Notes under the pieces: model-generated
Databases searched by the model: none
The model's input: the letters and a program-made list of their open reading frames with translations, nothing else
Told to the model about the DNA's origin: nothing
In this document: positions 56,872-64,000 of the stretch, piece after piece
Layout: each line of letters opens with the position of its first letter
Numbering within the stretch: the stretch's first letter is position 1
Origin: a virus
DNA length: 64,000 bases
Direction: 5' to 3' (one strand)
IMG/VR virus record: IMGVR_UViG_3300045999_007288
Location: 1 to 64,000 of that record
Position numbers and translations under genes: made by a program

Positions 56872-59661
56872 TTAAATGAAATTAGTAAAGTCGCCGAATT
56901 CTAAATCGCCCAAACTTGCAAATGCTGCGGTCACATCAACATCTGTCACTCCAACATCCAAACTAATAAAATCGTTGATTGCAATTTGTTCCGCTGCGCT
57001 GGCCAATCCTGCGTATTGAAAATCTCCAATGGAATCAAAACTAGTATTGTAGTCTGTGCCTAATGCGCCTAAAGCCGTCGGACTCTTAAGCGCATCACTA
57101 ATTCCAGTTGTTATTTTATCTACTGCAATATTTAATCCTCGGCCAACAACGTTATTAATTAAAGATCCTGCTACTTGTGCGCCCAGTGCTTGAAGGAAGC
57201 TTCCACCTTGACCGTTAGCCAAAGCAGCAGCTCCTGCTACTGCAAGATTTACTGCTGCTGAAGAATTAATAGCTGGAATTAAAGAAGAAATATTAGTTCT
57301 CGGACCTGCAAATCTGATTGCTGTGTTCACTGTCGGAGTTAGCGCATTTGACAATGCAGTTTCTGTTCTTTGTGCAGCGGAAGAAGGAACCAATGGCTTT
57401 CCTTCTTGATCATACAATAGTTTTGCTAAAGTTAGTGATTGTTCAAATTTTCCATTAGAAAAAGAATTGTCAACAGTAATTATTTTATAAACTCCGCTAA
57501 ATTCGCTGTATCTATATCTACTAGATGCTACGTCTGCTATACCTTTAATTTCGTCATAGTCCACTGGACTTTGAAAATTTACAAATACATATAGCTCTCC
57601 GCCGTCCATGTATAAACTACTACCCGAACTGTTATTTAAAAATTGACCTGATGGAGCCCCCAATCCTTGTCCCATGAATAAATCATCTTGTTTAATAAAT
57701 TGCGGATCTCCTACAATTTTTAAATTTAATGTTATCATGTCTCCTTTGGCCCCTAGCATCAAAGATCTCTGCAGATCTCCTGCGTCTGCAGATGCCTGTG
57801 GTAGTCCACCAGCTCTCATAGTTGTCGCAACATTGTCGCTGACTAGTGCTATAGAAGTTGGTGCAACATTCTCTTGTGGTCTTTCTTCAGTATTGGGATT
57901 AGGATAAGCATCAGCATTGGGTCTAATGGGAGTTCCTGTTTGTGATTGTGTGCTTTTTGTACGATTTGTGGACATCTCTACTAGATATAAAGTGTTAAAA
58001 TCTATTTGTAAATCGATTACGTCTTTATTTTTTCCTGTAAAAATATAATCATATTTTTTTACAAATCCAGGCACACGACCTTTGGGATAAAATGGGTGTT
58101 TAGCAGATAAGTTATATGGCTTTACATAAAATACAATGTCCATACCATATCTGTTTTGTGTTGGATCATACTCTCTAATAGAGATACTAGGAATAATTCT
58201 AAACCATTTTAGCCACGTGATGGTATTAGGGTTTCCACCTGACAGAATACTGTCCCGTTGTTGTTGTGTTATTGTTGGGTCTTTTAACTGTTCACTTATA
58301 TATGCACTGTTTCTAACTGCCCAATCAATCATTCTGTCAATGGTAGTACCTGCAGGAATATTTACGGTTGCCCCATCAAATCGAAGCCCCCCTTTGGCAG
58401 CGCCCGATGCTGCCTGAATTTGTGATCTTTGTGCAGCAGTTGACGTTCCGCTGGCTGGAGCTCCAGCTGCATTAACAGGACCTGTATATAATTTACTGTT
58501 GCCTATTTTTGCATCAAATACAACCCTAACAGTGTTGACTATAGATATTTGTTTTTGTGCTTTTAATGAACTAAAATAACTATTGATAGCGGCGCAGAAT
58601 CCAGTTATTCCAAAACTTGAATATTCATTGTTTAATTGACTGGTCAAATCGCCTATTCGGGCCCGGGTGTCAGCCACAATGCTGGCATCAAATGGATCGC
58701 TGGACGCGGATGCTGCAAATGGTCTAAGTTCTGTATTAAGGCTTGTAATTTGTCTTTCAAGATTTGCTCTACTGGCAAGTTTTGCAGAAAATTCGTTGTC
58801 GCTGGCTGATACTTCAGCCGGACCACCAAATACTTGACTGACTGTGGTGGCTGTAACTGTGGTGCTAACAGGTAAGCTTACATGTGTTTGATTAAATGCC
58901 TGATGATTAAATGGCACTGCATCAATTTGATATTCTGTGCCTTTTGATGTTAATTTAGACTTGATATTAGTTATCCTAATAGGAATAAATTTTGAATGTT
59001 CTTTGAGCGGCCCGGGTAGATCTCCGTCGACACTGCCAAAGAAATCAATTTGTAACATGTAAGGCATTTGCAAATAACTTCCTACTCCTTGATTAACTCT
59101 GTTTGCAGCATCCAACATTCTATTAATTAGTGTAAACCCCAATGGCTCGATAATTGTAAAACTACATTCAATTAAGTTACTGTTTCTATTTCTGGAAGTA
59201 GTATTAACTATGGTCTTTACTTTTAAGTTTTCGAAATAAAAATCTTCTTCAAATGCTGGATCTCGTCTGAAAGTTGCACCGTATCTTCCTGCACTACTGA
59301 TTAAAACATTTTGCGGTACATACTTTTTTTGTAATGAACTGTCTCTGCTGACCAAATTATTGTAGTTTTGTATTCCCATTAAATGCAGACTCAGACAATA
59401 AGTGTAAGAATCATATTCTAACAATGGGTTATCAACTACACCTTGTCTGGTATTAGAACCTATAAAAGCAGTAGTGCCAAATATTGCACGGCCTTCTGCA
59501 TTACGTATTTGCGCCAACTCATTTTCGTTGGCTGCATCTATTGCTTCATCACCCACAGCTGGAATTAGATCTATTGCAGGAGTGGCAATATTTTGTCTTT
59601 CATTTAAGGAAATAGCAACAGCCGATGCATTGATGACCGTAGAATCTAAAGGATTTATCAT
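56872..59661 (-). CDS. putative baseplate hub protein
   Basis: Lies between the gp53-like and gp5-like genes; F.I.EP.G, L.I.GDP, SG.Y.I..V...F..G.F.Q.L hub-like C-terminal motif. Confidence 0.6.
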   Translation of the reverse strand: MINPLDSTVINASAVAISLNERQNIATPAIDLIPAVGDEAIDAANENELAQIRNAEGRAIFGTTAFIGSNTRQGVVDNPLLEYDSYTYCLSLHLMGIQNYNNLVSRDSSLQKKYVPQNVLISSAGRYGATFRRDPAFEEDFYFENLKVKTIVNTTSRNRNSNLIECSFTIIEPLGFTLINRMLDAANRVNQGVGSYLQMPYMLQIDFFGSVDGDLPGPLKEHSKFIPIRITNIKSKLTSKGTEYQIDAVPFNHQAFNQTHVSLPVSTTVTATTVSQVFGGPAEVSASDNEFSAKLASRANLERQITSLNTELRPFAASASSDPFDASIVADTRARIGDLTSQLNNEYSSFGITGFCAAINSYFSSLKAQKQISIVNTVRVVFDAKIGNSKLYTGPVNAAGAPASGTSTAAQRSQIQAASGAAKGGLRFDGATVNIPAGTTIDRMIDWAVRNSAYISEQLKDPTITQQQRDSILSGGNPNTITWLKWFRIIPSISIREYDPTQNRYGMDIVFYVKPYNLSAKHPFYPKGRVPGFVKKYDYIFTGKNKDVIDLQIDFNTLYLVEMSTNRTKSTQSQTGTPIRPNADAYPNPNTEERPQENVAPTSIALVSDNVATTMRAGGLPQASADAGDLQRSLMLGAKGDMITLNLKIVGDPQFIKQDDLFMGQGLGAPSGQFLNNSSGSSLYMDGGELYVFVNFQSPVDYDEIKGIADVASSRYRYSEFSGVYKIITVDNSFSNGKFEQSLTLAKLLYDQEGKPLVPSSAAQRTETALSNALTPTVNTAIRFAGPRTNISSLIPAINSSAAVNLAVAGAAALANGQGGSFLQALGAQVAGSLINNVVGRGLNIAVDKITTGISDALKSPTALGALGTDYNTSFDSIGDFQYAGLASAAEQIAINDFISLDVGVTDVDVTAAFASLGDLEFGDFTNFI

Positions 59662-59665
59662 CTTA

Positions 59666-59968
59666 TTATCCTATTGCGCTGGTTATTGCAGCTTTCTTAG
59701 GCAAAAATATTCTATTGCCTATTTTCATATCGAAGATAGGATCTTTAATAGTGTTAGGATTGCGTAGTGCAAACACCCACCAAAGTCCAGTATCTTGATA
59801 AAGGTCGTATGCTAATAAATCTGGCCTATACTGATATGTTCTGTTTATTGCAAACAACACATCGTCGGGATTCTTGGGTATTACTGGAAAATTAGCAAGA
59901 TCTAAAAAGTCTCCGTAAAAAGGTGTTTTAGAATATAAGCTATTTTGAGCATATTGAATTTCAGCCAT
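59666..59968 (-). CDS. baseplate wedge protein (gp53-like, LysM-like)
   Basis: YRPDLLAYDLY....LWWVF..RN. Confidence 0.75.
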   Translation of the reverse strand: MAEIQYAQNSLYSKTPFYGDFLDLANFPVIPKNPDDVLFAINRTYQYRPDLLAYDLYQDTGLWWVFALRNPNTIKDPIFDMKIGNRIFLPKKAAITSAIG

Positions 59969-60855
59969 TATAGGAAACCTCCGATAGGTGAATTACCATT
60001 TTGTATTAGAGCACCTCGCGAGAATCTATCTAGTGTAAAGTTTCTAGAAATATTTTGTTTGCTGTATACAGGTTGTAAAGTAATGTTCACCGTGCTACTT
60101 GTTGGCAGTCGGACTGGGCCTCCTATATTTTGTGTAGGCGAACCTATCACCGTGCCTGACATAGATGCGCCAACTGGAATGGCAACATAATCCACTTCCC
60201 CTGGCATAGTATGACTGAATGCCGTTACCACACAAGGAACATGAGGAAGATATGCTGCCCCAAATCCATCTAAAAATACCAGCGGAGGAGGACTACCTGC
60301 ATTTTGATCTGCACCAAAAAACATCTTAGTAACAGTTCTAAAAAAATGTATTACAGCCATTAGATACAAACCTTCTTTGATATTCTGCACTGTAAATTCT
60401 CCGGCTATATTAATAGCAGCAACTTCGCTGCCTTCATAAGAATAACTGGAGTAATTGCTATGCGTCAATGAAGTAGAGCCATATCTTGCATTGTGGGTCA
60501 CAGTTAAGGTTGGGGTATATGGAAAAATTACCCCGCTGGTTTCTGCTAGTGGACGTAGAATGACACTATCTGCCCTGTTGTAAAATAAATCAGCAGTGGG
60601 TCTTGCCATACTAATTCGCACTCGCCAATCATCTTCTGGTTTTATAGGCGACCCGTCTGTACCATTAAAATTGATGTTAAATACACTGCCGGCGGCGTCT
60701 GCTAGTAATCCAGTGGCCCCAGGTGTTAAGCCAGAATTTGATAATCGGGCACCGCTGGTAGATGCTGCTCCAGTGGAACCTAACGGTGGATTACTTCCGT
60801 ACAATGAATTCTGGTTAGAACCGTCCCCTGCAAAATTAGAAGTGTTATATGACAT
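59968..60855 (-). CDS. baseplate/tail-tube initiator (gp48/gp54-like)
   Basis: GVIFPYTP, HSNY, F.R..TKMF.G, G.PPP...L..FG, F....P..VDY; first gene of the late module. Confidence 0.6.
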   Translation of the reverse strand: MSYNTSNFAGDGSNQNSLYGSNPPLGSTGAASTSGARLSNSGLTPGATGLLADAAGSVFNINFNGTDGSPIKPEDDWRVRISMARPTADLFYNRADSVILRPLAETSGVIFPYTPTLTVTHNARYGSTSLTHSNYSSYSYEGSEVAAINIAGEFTVQNIKEGLYLMAVIHFFRTVTKMFFGADQNAGSPPPLVFLDGFGAAYLPHVPCVVTAFSHTMPGEVDYVAIPVGASMSGTVIGSPTQNIGGPVRLPTSSTVNITLQPVYSKQNISRNFTLDRFSRGALIQNGNSPIGGFL

Positions 60856-60872
60856 TTTTTACCTGTTTTAGA

Positions 60873-60880
60873 TATTTATC
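60873..60880 (-). promoter_or_regulatory. late promoter GATAAATA of the baseplate operon
   Basis: T4-like TATAAATA variant in the divergent intergenic region. The TAAATA core recurs at 54709, 54299, 50881, 36822, 36022, 34353, 20294, 14849 (-) and 2806, 7542, 9044 (+). Confidence 0.65.
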
Positions 60881-60910
60881 GAACCAAAAATAGTAGCTTA
60901 TTATTAAAAG

Positions 60911-60939
60911 TTGACATTGCTTGCTTAACATGTTAGTAT
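60911..60939 (+). promoter_or_regulatory. sigma70-type promoter for the late sigma factor gene
   Basis: TTGACA 60911-60916, 17 nt, TG.TAGTAT (60934-60939). Confidence 0.6.
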
Positions 60940-60966
60940 GCGCTAACCGTGAATTTAAAGGACAAA

Positions 60967-61848
60967 ATGAAATCAAACTACTTAAATAATAAAGATATTC
61001 TTAAAGAGATACACAAAAGCAAAAATTCATACTGCTCATTTATTAGCCCAGACGTTGCAGATTATGATATGATTCTGCCAGACGTTAAGAAAATTAACAA
61101 AAAAAATATCTTAGATGCTCGTAAGTTAAGAGCAGAAAGATTAAGTAAATTGGCACACGAAGCTGCCGTGGCAGCCACTGGAGAAAAGCAAAAAGCTGAT
61201 CAATTTGAAATCAAATATACTAAAATTCCCCAAACTGAAGTAGTCTTTCGAATTATGACATGGGAACACATACCACTAGATGACGTTAAAACTAAAAAAG
61301 CCAAAGACGCAGCCAAAGAATTATTCGACGACGAAGACGAAACTTCTCATACTGAATACGATGAAGATGATCCTAAACACAACAAATACGTTAAAGTTAA
61401 CTTCCCGCCGTTTTTTCATTACAAAGTAGATGAAGAAGGCAACCCTATTCTAGTAGGCAAAAGTCATTGGTCGGGAGAATTAGATACTGGTTCGTTTAAT
61501 AGAGATCACGGAGCAATGACTAACAAACTAGCTCACATGTTTATGAAACTGTGTGAACGTTATGCAACTAGAAGTAATTGGAGAGGTTATACTTATAACG
61601 ACGAAATGAGAAGTCAAGCCTTGCTACAGCTCAGCCAAATTGGACTTCAATTCGACGAATCGAAATCACAGAACCCTTTTGCTTATTATACTGCCGCTAT
61701 CACTAATAGCTTCACTCGTGTGCTAAACATCGAAAAACGCAATCAAAACTTACGTGACGACATTTTAGAAATGAACAATCTCAATCCAAGCTACACTAGA
61801 CAAGGATTGAGTTCTGGTGGAGGAGGCTCTAACTTTTACGATGAGTAA
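60967..61848 (+). CDS. gp55: late-transcription sigma factor (T4 gp55-like)
   Basis: NYLNNKD.L, NWRGYTY.DEM, F.....NPFAYYT....NSF.R....EK; directly upstream of gp47/gp46 as in T4-like phages; AAAGGA RBS before ATG 60967. Confidence 0.8.
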   Translation: MKSNYLNNKDILKEIHKSKNSYCSFISPDVADYDMILPDVKKINKKNILDARKLRAERLSKLAHEAAVAATGEKQKADQFEIKYTKIPQTEVVFRIMTWEHIPLDDVKTKKAKDAAKELFDDEDETSHTEYDEDDPKHNKYVKVNFPPFFHYKVDEEGNPILVGKSHWSGELDTGSFNRDHGAMTNKLAHMFMKLCERYATRSNWRGYTYNDEMRSQALLQLSQIGLQFDESKSQNPFAYYTAAITNSFTRVLNIEKRNQNLRDDILEMNNLNPSYTRQGLSSGGGGSNFYDE

Positions 61849-62740
61849 CAAAATGGCAGTTTTAAATATAACCGAATCGACATTTGACTTCAATAATGTT
61901 GACCCGTACAGTAAATTATTAATTTCCGGAGACAAAATCATTGACAATAACTATAACTATCATACTTCAATGGCAGATATGACTTCTGAAGAAATTTTAA
62001 ATATTGCCAATCAATTTGAATCTATAAATTTTGTCTCGCAAGGGTTTGACACAACATCAGATGCCTACAAAGAATCGTTAATGTTGATAAGTGTATTGTG
62101 TCACAAAAAACTTGTTACAGGGTATGAGCCACCGCCTATTACTCAATTTTTATCAATAGACGTTACCGATCGCCCAGATACTCCGGTACTCTGGGTATTT
62201 GGATGTAGTCATAGTCACGGCGTTGGGCTAAAATCTGACGAGAAAAATTTTGGCCAGATAGTTGCAGATGTATTAAAAATTCCGTTGTTAAACATTACTC
62301 AGCCAGGTTCTAGTCTAAATTGGAGTTTTAGACATTTAATTAATGCCGACATTAGGCCCGGCGATCGTGTTATATGGCAAATCACTACTCCACATCGATT
62401 GAGTGTATTTACCAACGGTCGTGTAACAGAAGTTGTATTAAACAACACATTAAATAGGTGTTTGCTCGATGTTAATAATGATGATCAAGTATTTTTCAAT
62501 CATGTCAATCTGTTAACTTCTGGAGTTAGATATCTAAGGGCAATAAAGAATCAATTTTTGTTAACTGACCTTACTAGCCGCACTTGTTGTAATTTTTACA
62601 AATATAAATTGGAATATTCAAAATATCCCGAATATGTGTATCATCCAACCCTATATCTTGATTACGGGTCAGATAGAGTACATGCTGGTCCTTTGAGCCA
62701 CAAGGCTCTTGCTCAACGTATACTAGATTGTGTATACTAA
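61841..62740 (+). CDS. SGNH-hydrolase-like protein
   Basis: Block I-like FGCSHSHG, PGSS, C-terminal D..HAG..SH; inserted between gp55 and gp47. Confidence 0.55.
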   Translation: MSNKMAVLNITESTFDFNNVDPYSKLLISGDKIIDNNYNYHTSMADMTSEEILNIANQFESINFVSQGFDTTSDAYKESLMLISVLCHKKLVTGYEPPPITQFLSIDVTDRPDTPVLWVFGCSHSHGVGLKSDEKNFGQIVADVLKIPLLNITQPGSSLNWSFRHLINADIRPGDRVIWQITTPHRLSVFTNGRVTEVVLNNTLNRCLLDVNNDDQVFFNHVNLLTSGVRYLRAIKNQFLLTDLTSRTCCNFYKYKLEYSKYPEYVYHPTLYLDYGSDRVHAGPLSHKALAQRILDCVY

Positions 62741-62744
62741 ATAG

Positions 62745-63761
62745 ATGAGTAATTTATTTAAAAAAGCTGCGATATTTACTGACATCCACTTCGGATTAAA
62801 ATCAAATAGTCAGTTACACAACGAAGATTGTTTAAATTTTGTTAAGTGGGCAACTAACAAAGCAAAACAAGAAGGCTGCGAAACCGCCATGTTTCTTGGC
62901 GATTGGCACAACAATCGAGCCAGTATTAATATTGTTACTCTCAATTACAGTTTAAAAGCACTGGAGTACTTGAATGATAATTTTGAACGTGTTTATTTTA
63001 TTCCTGGTAATCATGATTTGTATTATCGGGATAAACGTGATATTCAATCGGTTGAATGGGCTCGTCATCTCCCGAACGTTCAAATTGTTAACGATTGGTT
63101 TACTAGCGGCGATGTGGTTATTGCTCCTTGGCTTGTCGGAGACGACCACAAACGAATTTCCAAACTCAGAGGAAAATACATGTTTGGACACTTCGAGCTG
63201 CCCCACTTCTATATGAACGCCATGGTGCAGATGCCTGATCACGGCGAAATTAAAAATGAACATTTTGGAAATTTTGATCAAGTATTCACTGGACATTTTC
63301 ATAAAAGACAGCAACGTCAGAATATTACATATATTGGAAATTGTTTCCCTCACAACTACGCCGATGCCGGCGATGATGAACGGGGATTAACTATTTTAGA
63401 ATGGGGCAAACCCCCAGAACATCATGCATGGCCCGACCAACCCCGTTATCGTGTATTAGGATTAGGCGCTATTTTGAATAACGCAGATTCGGTTTTAGGA
63501 CAAGGTATGCATGTTCGTGTTAACATCGACATCGACATTAGTTACGAAGAAGCAACGTTTATTAAAGAAACGTTTATGCAAAGTCACAAATTACGTGAAA
63601 TTACATTAATTCCACAAAAAAATGTAGACTTAAATGAATTTGCAATTCAAGGCAATGTTAATTTTGAAAGTGTAGATCAAATTGTTACAAATCAGTTAAC
63701 CGCTATTACTAGCGACCACTACGACAACAATTTGTTGCTGGATATTTACAGAAATTTATAA
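62745..63761 (+). CDS. gp47: recombination endonuclease subunit (gp47/SbcD/Mre11)
   Basis: Metallophosphoesterase motifs TDIHFG, LGDW, GNHD, GHFE, GHFH. Confidence 0.92.
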   Translation: MSNLFKKAAIFTDIHFGLKSNSQLHNEDCLNFVKWATNKAKQEGCETAMFLGDWHNNRASINIVTLNYSLKALEYLNDNFERVYFIPGNHDLYYRDKRDIQSVEWARHLPNVQIVNDWFTSGDVVIAPWLVGDDHKRISKLRGKYMFGHFELPHFYMNAMVQMPDHGEIKNEHFGNFDQVFTGHFHKRQQRQNITYIGNCFPHNYADAGDDERGLTILEWGKPPEHHAWPDQPRYRVLGLGAILNNADSVLGQGMHVRVNIDIDISYEEATFIKETFMQSHKLREITLIPQKNVDLNEFAIQGNVNFESVDQIVTNQLTAITSDHYDNNLLLDIYRNL

Positions 63762-63763
63762 TC

Positions 63764-64000
63764 ATGTTTAAGATTAAATCACTGTCAGTTAAAAACTTTA
63801 TGAGTGTAGGCAATGCCACTCAGGGCATCGATTTCGATCGCAATGACTTAACATTGGTATTGGGTGAAAATTTGGACTTAGGCGGCGATGACAGTGGTGC
63901 TCGAAATGGAACTGGTAAAACTACTATCATTAACGCATTAAGCTATAGTCTGTTCGGCCAGGCACTAACTAATATTAAAAAAGACAATTTGATTAATAAA
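63764..64000 (+). CDS. gp46: recombination ATPase subunit (gp46/SbcC/Rad50), N-terminal part, truncated by the window end
   Basis: Manual translation MFKIKSLSVKNFMSVGN...LVLGEN...NGTGKTTIINALSY.LFG (Walker A). Confidence 0.9.
   Translation, partial: MFKIKSLSVKNFMSVGNATQGIDFDRNDLTLVLGENLDLGGDDSGARNGTGKTTIINALSYSLFGQALTNIKKDNLINK

Noticed and set aside
33689-60871. Plus-strand ORFs inside the structural module (e.g. 33689-34201, 48544-48912, 60596-60871)
   Set aside because: Antisense shadows of Gly/Thr/Ala-rich structural genes with no independent support.
1-64000. Stop-codon reassignment as seen in some jumbo phages
   Set aside because: Genes tile densely and at full length in the standard code, including a 14-kb ORF. 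TGA and TAA end genes normally, and the TAG at 13980-13982 is at the expected DegT C-terminus.
1-64000. tRNA, rRNA or host chromosomal origin
   Set aside because: Intergenic gaps are short and show no cloverleaf or T-loop signature. The sugar genes are embedded among T4-like baseplate, gp55 and gp46/47 genes and share phage promoter motifs.

Overview
64-kb segment of a large, AT-rich, T4-related (myovirus-like, probably jumbo) bacteriophage genome read in the standard genetic code. Left arm (+ strand, 1-13982): end of an RNase H/5' flap nuclease, many small hypothetical genes, an early island driven by near-consensus sigma70 promoters (MoxR-type AAA ATPase plus HEXXH/VWA partner), DHFR, thymidylate synthase, an NDP-sugar epimerase/dehydratase and a DegT aminotransferase. 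Middle (- strand, 33339 down to 13975): a ~19-kb near-continuous biosynthetic cluster with four or five glycosyltransferase-like genes, six twitch/SPASM radical SAM enzymes, a NodU/CmcH carbamoyltransferase coupled to an unannotated 33-aa peptide, an APS-kinase/nucleotidyltransferase fusion, a sulfotransferase-like gene, dCMP deaminase and a candidate virion-packaged ADP-ribosyltransferase. Next (- strand, 60855 down to 33400): the baseplate/tail module (gp48/54-, gp53-, hub-, gp5-, gp25-, gp6-like genes, a 4673-aa multidomain protein, tail fibres). Right end (+ strand): gp55-like late sigma factor, an SGNH-like gene, gp47 and the start of gp46. Regulatory signals are readable: duplicated early promoter cassettes with a palindromic operator-like site, a recurring TAAATA late-promoter motif often 4-6 nt before ATG, and a 14-bp hairpin that encloses a late promoter and covers an RBS. 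No tRNA, rRNA, CRISPR array, integrase or intron was recognised. All assignments come from motif reading only; no database searches were run.
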